A DNA stretch of 39,189 bases from Blastocatellia bacterium (GTDB taxonomy: Bacteria > Acidobacteriota > Blastocatellia > Pyrinomonadales > Pyrinomonadaceae), in contig JANNON010000320.1 of the NCBI GenBank assembly GCA_031399105.1, positions 1 through 39,189 on the forward strand, written 5' to 3'. A program made the translations under genes and the position numbers. Below are positions 1-9,400 of the stretch, in pieces. The notes beneath the pieces were generated by a model. The model was given only the letters and a program-made list of their open reading frames with translations. It ran no database searches and had not been told where the DNA came from. Within the stretch, counting starts at the first letter, position 1; every line of letters begins with the position of its first letter.

Positions 1-17
1 TGCTAATCGTAACCACT

Positions 18-1238
18 GTGCTCGCAGTACTGATAGTTGCTGTGGTCGCCGCCTGGTTGTTTTTCCGATCGAATAAGGCTGGCGCCGGTCGCCCCGTACC
101 TGCTCCACGCAACATCTCATCAGAGCAGCCGGATGCGGGTACGCCGGCAGCTCCGGTTGAGACGACACTAACTCTAGCGCCCGAGATGGTTGATCGTGCG
201 GGCATCAAGATCGAGGCGGTAGGCGAACAGCTGGCGGAGGCTAATACCGGTGGTCAGACTGCGACGGGCGTGGTTCGGGAAAATGCTTATCGCACGACGC
301 CGGTTGTGTCTCTGGTTGGGGGTATTGTGCGGCGCGTGAATGTCGAGTTGGGCGCCAGCGTTAGACGAGGGCAGACTCTTGCTGTGGTATTTAGCAACGA
401 GCTGGCGATGGTTCAATCCAGTTACCTTACGGCGTTTGCTGGTTTGGAAGAGCATCACAAACATCATGTGCGCACAATCCGGCTGTTGGAAATCGGTGCT
501 GCCAGCCGGGAGGAGTTAGAACAGGCCACGACCAAGTTAAAGACAGCGGAAGCCGAGGTCGCTTCGCAGCGGCAAAAGCTACTGTTGTTTGGTCTGAGCC
601 AGAGACAGGTGAGTGGGCTCAAATCATCATCACAGATCAGCTCGGAGGTCTCTCTGCCTGCTCCCAGCACAGGAACGGTCATTGCTCGCGCTGCGAATCC
701 GGGAGAAGTAGTAGAAGCCAACAAAGAGATTCTGCGTATTGCCGATCTCTCAAGCGTTTGGGTTGTGGGTCAGGTCTATGAAAAGGACCTTGGGAGAATC
801 CGGGTTGGGAGCGGCGCTAGCATTACCGCTGAAGCTTATCCCGGGAGGATCTTTCGCGGGCAAGTCTCCTACGTGGATCCCACTCTGGATACGGCCACGC
901 GCACGGGGCAGGTTCGCGTTGAACTGGCAAACCCCGGTCAGCAGCTGAAGATTGGGATGTATGTGAACATCGCGTTTGCCACCGTGGGCGGTGCCGAGTC
1001 TACTGCGCCGACTGTGCCAACGGCTGCGGTCCAGAACATCAACAACCAGCAGGTGGTATTTGTGGCGACGAAAGAGCCAAACGTATTTGTGATGCGGCCA
1101 GTCCGACTTGGCCCAGAAGTCAACGGCCGGTACCCGGTTGTGGAGGGTTTGGCTGTCGGAGAGCGCATCGTCACTGAGGGCAGCTTTCTGTTGCGGGCTG
1201 AGTATCTGAAGACGGCTTCTGCCAATCATTCGCACTGA
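18..1238 (+). CDS. RND-efflux periplasmic adaptor (membrane-fusion protein, HlyD/CzcB-CusB-like). The 5' end may lie upstream of the window.
   Basis: 406-aa ORF with an N-terminal hydrophobic anchor (LAVLIVAVVAAWLFF). It has a coiled-coil hairpin segment (EELEQATTKLKTAEAEVASQRQKLLLFG). The C-terminal half is of beta-barrel/membrane-proximal type (VWVVGQVYEKDLGRIRVGS, VRVELANPGQQLKIGMYV). There is no in-frame stop between base 3 and the GTG at 18. Confidence 0.85.
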   Translation: MLAVLIVAVVAAWLFFRSNKAGAGRPVPAPRNISSEQPDAGTPAAPVETTLTLAPEMVDRAGIKIEAVGEQLAEANTGGQTATGVVRENAYRTTPVVSLVGGIVRRVNVELGASVRRGQTLAVVFSNELAMVQSSYLTAFAGLEEHHKHHVRTIRLLEIGAASREELEQATTKLKTAEAEVASQRQKLLLFGLSQRQVSGLKSSSQISSEVSLPAPSTGTVIARAANPGEVVEANKEILRIADLSSVWVVGQVYEKDLGRIRVGSGASITAEAYPGRIFRGQVSYVDPTLDTATRTGQVRVELANPGQQLKIGMYVNIAFATVGGAESTAPTVPTAAVQNINNQQVVFVATKEPNVFVMRPVRLGPEVNGRYPVVEGLAVGERIVTEGSFLLRAEYLKTASANHSH

Positions 1239-1390
1239 GTGCAATTTGGGACACGCCCGCCGCACAAGGGCGTTGGAGTTACCTTTTGATTTTCCGACAG
1301 TCAGCAAACCGCGCGGGCCCCTATCACCTTTTGGACCACCTAACAGCCACCCAATCCAGAGTGCATAAGCGGACGCGCAGATAACGCCAG

Positions 1391-1541
1391 CCCTCCGCCC
1401 TACACGCAAAACAGTTAAGTTGCTAGGCTTCCTGAGTTGCGTGCCACCCATGTTTCGTTCGTTTGCCATTCCTTCCCCATACTCTCCGGTTTTCTACCCG
1501 AGTGCTGGTTTTTCTGGCACGTATTGGCGACCTGGGAAAAA
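1391..1541 (+). repeat. Copy U1 of a ~150-170-bp repeat family. It has a degenerate CCTCCGC core, a GTTAAGTT box, a TTCC(C)CATTCCTTCC box, and TTCTGGCACGTATTGGCGACCTGGGAAAA.
   Basis: Aligns by eye with 1620-1783 and 22102-22253. Shared blocks are cctccgc, (g/t)taagtt, agttgc-gccacc, ccattccttcc, tccggttttcta and ttctggc(c)acgtat(t/c)ggc(c/g)ac(t/c)tgggaaa. Confidence 0.6.
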
Positions 1542-1590
1542 TGAGTCCTGCCGGGTTGAATCTGTGAGGTGTTGAGAGAATACGTATTAT

Positions 1591-1635
1591 TGGTGGAGCA
1601 GAGGAGGTCGAACTCCTGGCCTCCGCATTGCGAAC
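1591..1635 (-). repeat. tRNA-Ala 3'-half fragment (att-type direct repeat, copy A). It is not a functional tRNA.
   Basis: tggtggagcagaggaggtcgaactcctggcctccgcattgcgaac matches the 3' 46 nt of the tRNA-Ala gene at 37387-37462. The only difference is one missing G in the T-loop. The sequence then diverges, and there is no 5' half. Confidence 0.85.
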
Positions 1636-1783
1636 CGGACTCTCGGCAAAGACGTAAGTTACTGCCTTTTCGAAAGTTGCAGCCACCAAGAGATTTCAAG
1701 GTTTTCCGGTTCTTCCCCATTCCTTCCCGTTGCATATACTTCGCGTGCAGTTATTTTTGGCCACGTATTGGCCACTTGGAAAC
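1620..1783 (+). repeat. Copy U2 of the ~160-bp repeat family. It starts at the CCTCCGCATT core of tRNA fragment A and ends in TGGCCACGTATTGGCCACTTGGAAA.
   Basis: Same block order as U1 and U3. Its first ~45 nt (cggactctcggcaaagacgtaagttactgcctttt) are also shared with 2921-2957. Confidence 0.6.
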
Positions 1784-1875
1784 TGATCCACACCAGAGCG
1801 CTTGAGATACCAATTTGGCATCCCAAAGATGTCATCGCTGGCAACTCGTCCATGGAGGCGATTGAAGAATTCTTA

Positions 1876-2216
1876 TTAGAGTGAATCGGCGCCTAATCCT
1901 TCCATTTGACCTTTAGTTCTCATTTGCTGCCAGGCAAGCGCTTTCCGCAGGGGCATCATCTCCACAGCTATTCGCTTTAGGTTCCTGGGTTGTCTTGGTT
2001 TTGCTTTGGCTCGCGCCCGGGCCGCAGCAGCTTGGTTGTCCAGTGGAGCGCCGCTGGCTGCATAGCGACCCACGACGTGTGGACCACGCTTAAACTGATG
2101 GTGCCATCGAGATGCTCGTAGACCTTTACATTGTAGCCGGCCAACGAGTAGCGCCACTTCGTCTTCTCGATTTGCAAGACGCGATTGTCATAGCTGACCG
2201 TGTTATCACGCGCCAC
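1876..2216 (-). pseudogene. C-terminal fragment of a DDE transposase (ISNCY/IS1202-like, assigned from memory of the motif pattern). It appears frameshifted.
   Basis: ORF 1977-2216 reads RDNTVSYDNRVLQIEKTKWRYSLAGYNVKVYEHLDGTISL. This fits the C-terminal pattern 'R.V.nD..v.y.nr..Q....a...V.V.E..dG.i.i'. A Lys/Pro/Arg-rich tail continues in a second frame (1876-2157). No N-terminal or catalytic part is present. Confidence 0.4.
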
Positions 2217-2236
2217 CGCTCGTTCATGCTGCAGGG

Positions 2237-2600
2237 CAACACAAAGTCGAGAGCGCGATTGCCCGAATGCGCCAAGTTGAATTTGAGTTGCGTTGACTCG
2301 TTAGCGAAAGGTGCCAGGCAAGGCTTCCCATATTTACTGTAGTCAAATTCAATATCACCTGGATCAGTGCGAAGATATTTTCCTAGGGTGATCCGTAAGT
2401 ATGCTCGAGCAACCATAAACCGATTGCGGTCACTTCGGAAATGAAATCTATCCGCCCTTACCCGCTCGTCGGGAGAAAGCAGCTGGCGAAGTTGTTCTAC
2501 GTGGTTCGCGAAGGATCGATAGGCATGAGCCAAACCTGAACATCATCCGGCGCCAGTGTGGGCCACTCAGGTGGACTAGACCAGGTTGAAACTGCCATCC
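2237..2600 (-). pseudogene. Sfp-type 4'-phosphopantetheinyl transferase, N-terminal half only. It is frameshifted and truncated.
   Basis: LLSPDERVRADRFHFRSDRNRFMVARAYLRITLGKYLRTDPGDIEFDYSKYGKPCL...LKFNLAHSGNRAL is the classic PPTase N-terminal half. The preceding GLVHLSGPHW piece lies in another frame. The similarity ends abruptly at the transposase fragment. Confidence 0.55.
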
Positions 2601-2734
2601 TTGACGATTGACAACTGAATATTGAATTTCGAGTACAGAGCCAAACACTTCAGTTCTCGATTCACGTGAGGAGTAGGATGGGTGAGCACAACCACCGAGC
2701 TAATAGAGCTGATCAGGGGCCAATTCGCAGCTGC

Positions 2735-2757
2735 CCTCCGCATTGCGAGTGCGGAGG
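2735..2757. repeat. Perfect 8-bp-stem hairpin built from the att core: CCTCCGCA-TTGCGAG-TGCGGAGG.
   Basis: Read directly from the sequence. The left arm plus loop reproduce cctccgcattgcga of the tRNA-Ala anticodon arm. The right arm is its exact complement. Confidence 0.7.
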
Positions 2758-2877
2758 CATGTTTATAAGAGCCCGTCCCAAACGGTTCAATCCGGCGAGA
2801 AAACATTTCACATTTTGACACTTGGAAAATGAAAAGCAATAAAGGTTAGCGCCGTAAATATCTGATAACGTGAGTGT

Positions 2878-2957
2878 TGGGGGAGAAGAGGGGATCGAAC
2901 CTGACCTCCGCATTCCGAATCGGACTCTCGGCAAAAACGTAAGTAATTGCCTTTTCT
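2878..2957 (-). repeat. Degenerate tRNA 3'-half-like fragment (copy B) plus the first ~40 nt of the U-type repeat.
   Basis: tgggggagaagaggggatcgaacctgacctccgcattccgaatcggactctcggcaaaaacgtaagtaattgcctttt. It has a T-arm-like GATCGAAC, an exact CCTCCGCATT core, and then the same extension as 1636-1672. Confidence 0.55.
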
Positions 2958-3406
2958 ATGAAGCGGTTTCAACGGGGTTGAGTCTGTTGCGCTATGAAAG
3001 TTCTGCCTCGACCAATTCACTCACGGAACCTCGCATAGGGATACGCTGACCATTCGCGTTCTCGTGAGCTGGCGGTTGAGACTTGAGGCCTTCAATCTTT
3101 CGTGCCTGGTAACCGTTAATCTCATATCGCGAGCGCAAAATAATCATTTGGTTTCTCACAATCTTGAAACGAAGTAATTGACCGATTTACTCAAACACTT
3201 TAGGCTTTGCATGTTCCAGTTGTTGATGAGAGCCTACTCCGGCTCGTGTTCTTCGCGAGAGTTCCTCTCCATAAGCCATTTCTTTGTCTCTGGAAAGAAT
3301 TAAGGTAAAGAGCTGACGCCTAAGGAAAGCTCTTTTAGAGCTTCGGAGCTGATCCAGTCTCATGGTTCAGCTCAAGTCTTCCAACTTTATATAACAGCTG
3401 AGCCAA

Positions 3407-6400
3407 GTGTTCAGAAACCGAGATCACAATCACTCCTCATCCTCTGAAACTGTTCCTCTGAAGAGTCAATCGGTAAGGTCGGATGCGGTTGCTAACAGTG
3501 CGGGTGTGGCGCGCGCACCTTCTATCACGCTGCCCAAAGGTGGTGGGGCGATAAGGGGGGTTGGTGAGAAGTTCGCCGCCAATCCGGTAACCGGGACCGG
3601 ATCTTTGACAGTACCCCTAGCGACCAGCCCGGGCCGGTCAGGCTTTGGCCCACTACTTTCGCTGGCTTACGACTCGGGTGCGGGCAATGGGCCGTTTGGA
3701 TTTGGCTGGAGTCTTTCACTGCCGGCCATTACTCGCAAGACAGACAAAGGACTACCGCAATACCGGGATGCGGAAGAATCTGATGTCTTCATTCTCGCGG
3801 GTGCTGAGGATTTAGTGCCATTTCTTCAGGCAGATGGCAAACGCTTTGAGGATGACACAAGTGCCCCAGGTTATACGATCCATCGCTACTGCCCGCGCAT
3901 TGAGGGACTCTTCGCGCGCATCGAGCGCTGGACCAGGCAGGCGACGGGGGATACTCACTGGCGCTCCATCAGTCGTGACAACATCACCACGATCTACGGT
4001 AAAACGTTGGAGAGTCGCATCAGCGATCCAGTTGATCACCAACGCGTCTTCACCTGGCTAATCTGCGAAAGTTATGACGACAAAGGCAACGCCATCGTTT
4101 ACCGGTACGCGGCGGAGAACGATCAAAACATCGACCGTTCGCTGGTCAACGAGCGGAACCGAAAACGATCAGCCAATCGATACCTGAAGCGCGTTCAGTA
4201 CGGAAATCGCGACTCAAGATTGATCCAGCCCGATTTGACTTCAATGAAATGGCTGTTCGAGGTGGTCTTCGATTACGAGGAGGGCCACTACGAACCGCTG
4301 GCGCCCGACCAGCACTTGGCGGAAGGCGAACAGCATCAGCTCGCCCGAGCGGCCGCATCCTCGGCGCAGCCATGGTCTGTTCGCCCCGACCCGTTCTCGT
4401 CGCATCGTGCAGGATTCGAAGTCAGGACTTATCGACGCTGCCGGCGCGTCCTGATGTTCCATTTATTCGATGAGTTGGGAAGCGAGCCATATCTGGTGCG
4501 TTCCACCGAGTTCGAGTATGCCGACCTCGATTATTCGCAGCCTACTCCAAGCGACGACGAACTGACGCACCGCGGCAGCACGCGCTTCGCATCGTTTATC
4601 AGCCGAGTTATCCAATCGGGCTTCGTGCGTGATGACAACAAACTGGTCCTTGAGCGTAACGGTGTCAGCTATCAGACCTACCTAAAGAAAACCCTGCCGC
4701 CTCTTGAGTTTGAATATAGCAAGGCAAACATCCAGAACGACATCCGCGATATGGATCTCGAGAGCCTGGAAAACTTGCCCGTTGGGTTGGACGGCGCAAA
4801 CTACAAGTGGATTGATCTGGACGGCGAGGGCCTATCCGGAATCCTGACCGAACAAGCGGACGCCTGGTTCTACAAGCTAAACTTTGGCGGGGGCAGATTT
4901 GGACCGCTCAAAGTAGTTGCAACCAAACCTTCTCTCGCCGATTTGCGCAGCGGACGGCAAGAACTCCTGGATCTGGACGGCAACGGACAGTTGAACCTTG
5001 CCAGTTTTGCCGGCCCGAGTCCGGGCTTTTACGAACGAACGCCCGACGAAAACTGGAAACCTTTCAAAGCATTCGCTCAGCTACCCAATATTCGCTGGGA
5101 TGAACCGAATCTGCGTTTCGTGGATCTAAACGGTGATGGTCACGCAGATGTCTTGATCACTGAGAACGAAGTGCTCACCTGGTACCCTTCGTTAGCAGAG
5201 GGCGGCTTTGATTCGGCCCGACACGTCCGCAAGCCTTTTGATGAGGAGCGAGGCCCGCGTTTGGTGTTGGCCGATGGGACTCAATCAGTCTATCTCGCCG
5301 ACATGGGCGGTGATGGTTTGACCGATCTCGTGCGGGTACGGAACGACGAGGTGTGCTACTGGCCCAATCTGGGCTATGGCCGTTTTGGAGCAAAGGTCAC
5401 GATGGACAACGCTCCTCACTTCGACCTGCCCGATCAGTTCAATCAGAATCGCATTCGCCTGGCAGACATCGATGGTTCGGGAACTACCGACATCATCTAT
5501 CTTGGTCGCGACACTGTTCAGCTGTACTTCAATCAGTCCGGCAATCGCTGGAGCTCTCCGCGCAGACTGAGCCAGTTTCCTCATGTGGATAATCTTTCCT
5601 CGGTGACGACTGCGGACTTACTCGGCAACGGCACCGCGTGTCTGGTCTGGTCGTCGCCCTTGCCCGGCGACCTGCGGCGTTCGTTACGGTACATAGACCT
5701 GATGGGCGGGCAGAAGCCTCATCTGTTGATTAAGTCGGTCAACAACCTCGGGGCTGAAACCCAAGTCCACTATGCGGCATCCACGAAGTTTTATCTCGCC
5801 GACAGGCTTGCCGGAAAACCCTGGACTACAAAGATTCCATTCCCGGTCCACGTCGTCGAGCGTGTTGAAACCTACGACCACGTCAGCCGCAACCGCTTTG
5901 TCACCCGCTACGCCTATCACCATGGATACTTCGACGGCGTCGAACGCGAATTTCGCGGATTCGGTATGGTGGAGCAGTGGGATGCGGAGGAGTTCGGGGA
6001 TTACGTTTCCGGCGTGACGGAATTCGAAGGCGGACAGGAGCTCGCCCCGGAGTTTTACCAGCCGCCTGTGCTCACGCGCACGTGGTTTCACACTGGCGCA
6101 TACCTTGACGGTCACAGGATTTTGCATGGGTTGCGAGATGAATATTACTTGCAACAGCAGCAACTTCCCGAAGCTGTACTGCCCGCAAGTCTGGATGCAG
6201 AAGAACTCCGTGAATGCGTGCGGGCGTTGAAAGGCTCGCCACTGCGGATGGAAGTCTACAGCTTCGACGGTACGGCGCACGAGCAGCATCCGTTCACAAT
6301 TGTCGAAAACAATTACGAAGTTCAACTGATTCAACGTCGTGGAGAAGCGAGACACGCGGTCTTGATGCCGCTCGGTCGTGAGTCTGTCACCCTTTACCAC

Positions 6401-9400
6401 GAGCGCAATCCTTCGGACCCGCGAATCGCTCACAGCTTCAGTCTTGAATACGATCTTTACGGCAACCTGCTCAAGTCCGCTTCGGTCGTGTATGGCCGAC
6501 AGACGACCGATACGACGCTGCCGCTCACAGTAATAGAAGATCAGCAGCGCATGTATGTCAGTTACACGGAGAACGATTTCACGACAGACATAGCTTCAAT
6601 AAATCCTACGACGCCATACCGGCTGCGAGTGCCCTACGAGTCGCGCAGTTACGAGATAACGGGCATCCGAACGGCCTTCGACTTGTTTACCTTTGATGAG
6701 ATCAAGAGCCAGATCGCTGGAGCAGAAGCGATTGCGTATGAAATCATCGCCGACGGTGTGACTCAGCAAAAGCGATTACTGTCGCAAGGCCGCATACTCT
6801 TTCTCGACAACAACCTGAACCCCCTGCCGTTAGGACAGAGAGATACTCTTGGACTATCGAGCCAAAGCTTTCAACTAGCACTCACGCCGGAAGTGGTAGC
6901 CGCGCACTACGCGGGCAAAGTAAGCGACGCGGATCTGACCGCAGCCGGTTACGTGCAATTCGCCGGAGATGCGAACTGGTGGATACCGTCCGGGACATCG
7001 ATTTATCCGGCTAATCCACACCAGCATTTTTATATCCCAACTGGCGCGACAGACCCGCTGGGCGTCGAGACGATTGCGACGTTTGATAAGTACGACCTGC
7101 TTAGAGAGAGTGTGCGGATACAACAAGCCGCTTGGAGCGAAGTGACGGCGACCAACGATTACCGCGCGCTCGGCCCGGTGATGATGACCGACCCGAACAA
7201 GAACCGTTCTGCCGTGGAGATAGATGCCTTAGGGCAGGTAGTGAAGTCCGCGGTGATGGGTAAAGAAGGCTCGACGGACGGCGACACGATTGACGATCCG
7301 AGCACGCGAATGGAGTACGAGCTATTCAACTGGATCGAGCATGGCAAACCGAACTTCGTCCATACTTTTACACGCGAGCAACACGGGGCGTCGAACCCAC
7401 GTTGGATGGAGAGTTACGTCTACTCCAATGGCGGCGGCGGCGTCGCCATGGTGAAAGCTCAGGCGCATTCGGGTTTAGCTCTACAGGTGGATGAAGAAGG
7501 CAACGTGTCGGAAGTGTATGCCGATCAGCGCTGGGTCGGTAACGGGCGTACGGTACTGAACAATAAAGGGAAACCAGTCAAACAGTACGAGCCTTACTTC
7601 AGCGTCACGCATGAATATGAAGACGAGCAAGCCTTAAGCGAAATCGGTGTCACGCCTCTCCTCGACTACGACGCATTAGGGCGAAATATTCGCACAATCT
7701 CACCGAACGGGACGCTGGCGCGGGTTGAATTCAACCCGTGGATGCAAAGGGTATTTGACGGAAATGACGCGGTTACCGAAAGCCACTGGTACGCGGAGCG
7801 AGGCAGCCCCAACCCGGCGGAAGAAGCCGAGCCGTTGAACGACCCCGAGCGCCGCGCCGCATGGCTGGCGGCGAAGCACGCAGGTACACCCGGCGTTTTT
7901 CATCTCGACAGCCTCGGGCGACCGGTGTATGGCATCTCGGATTACGGGGGTGGTCTGACTGCGACGGCGCGTACCGAGAGCGATTTGACCGGGCGGTTTT
8001 TCAAAGTCTTCGATCAATTCCAACGTGAGGTAGGCAACGGGTTCAGCAGCATGACCGGCATACCGGTATGGAGCGAGAGCGCGGAAAAGGGTCGCCGGTG
8101 GATGTTTCCGAACGTGCTCGGGGCCGTCGTCAAGGCATGGGATGAACATGGACGGGAGGTGCGGGTCGAGTACGACAACCTGCACCGTCCGCTTAGCACC
8201 TTCGTGAAGGAATCTGGGAAGGCTGAGGTCCTGGTCAACTATTTATTGTACGGAGATCGCCACCCGAACGCCGAACAACTGAACCTGCTCGGTGTCGCGC
8301 ATTTGATTTTCGATCAATCGGGTATGGTCCGCGTGCCTGAGCTTGATTTCAAAGGCAATCCCAAAAGCGCAGAGCGCATCCTGGCGCGAGATTACGAAAA
8401 TTACATAGATTGGACGAAGGTGGCCGGCCAGCCCGACTACAACACCGTTCAAATAGCAGCGGACACGCTCCTTGAAACCAGTGAGGTTTTTACCGCCAGT
8501 TCCGTTTACGATGCGCTGAATCGTCCGACTCGTGTGACGCTGCCTGACGCGACCGTCATCGTGCCGACCTACAACGAGGCGGGCTTCCTGGACACCCTTC
8601 AAGCTCAACCACGTGGACAAGGTGTCGTCATAGAATTCCTGAAAGAGCAGGATTATGACGCTAAAGGCCAGCGACAGTTTGCACGATATGGCAACGATCT
8701 CTATACCAGATACTTTTACGATCCGAAGACCTTCCGTTTGACCCAACTCCTGACCTATCCATCCGGCACTGATCCAGAGACTAACGGCCTGCAGAATTTG
8801 CGGTATACCTACGATCCGGTCGGCAATATCACCCAGGTTCGTGACGACGCACAACAGACTTACTACTTCAATAATGCGGTCGTGAAGCCAGAATCTCGCT
8901 ACGAGTATGACGCTCTTTATCAGCTAGTGCGTGCGACTGGGCGAGAACATGCGGGCGGGATGAACGACGCAATCCGTGATCACGGAGCCCTCTCTGCTCA
9001 TCCACAGTTACCTCATCCAAACCATCTTCAGGCCGTACGAACTTATACCGAAGACTATGAGTATGACGTGCTCGGCAATCTCCAAACGTTGCGGCATCGC
9101 TTCAAAAACCAGGCGGGAATTGGCGCAGGTTGGACGCGCCGTTATCAGTATGCCTATGAGGGTAATGCCGCGAACAGTACCAATCGCTTGAGCGCGACGA
9201 GTGAAACAGGCGACCTGGACGATGGCCCCTACAGCGCAACATACGACCATGACGTCTACGGCAACATGACGCGCATGCCGCACCTGGCCGCGCTTGATTG
9301 GAACTTCATGGACCAGTTGCGGCAAGTCGACCTGGGTGGCGGCGGCACCGCCCACTACGTCTACAACGGAAGCGGGACACGAATACGCAAAGTCATAAAT

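Noticed and set aside
750-1469. 239-aa minus-strand ORF overlapping the efflux adaptor gene and its downstream spacer.
   Set aside because: It is antisense to a well-supported CDS. Its composition is Arg/Gly/Pro-rich and low in complexity, typical of antisense frames in GC-rich genes. It has no motif and no plausible start context.
1591-1635. Possible additional tRNA genes at 1591, 2878 and 22304.
   Set aside because: Each has only the acceptor-3', T-arm and anticodon-arm part. No D-arm or 5' acceptor strand follows. Copy A also has a 6-nt T-loop. They are att-type partial duplications rather than genes.
1415-1735. Minus-strand ORFs of 88-106 aa in the 1.4-1.8 kb spacer.
   Set aside because: They run straight through the tRNA 3'-half fragment and the U1/U2 repeats, so the region is better explained as att debris.
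1591-1800. tmRNA or another tRNA-like structured RNA (U2 plus tRNA fragment read on the minus strand).
   Set aside because: The fragment keeps the tRNA-Ala anticodon loop (TTCGCAA), which tmRNA lacks. I could find no tag-peptide reading frame or pseudoknot-like arrangement.
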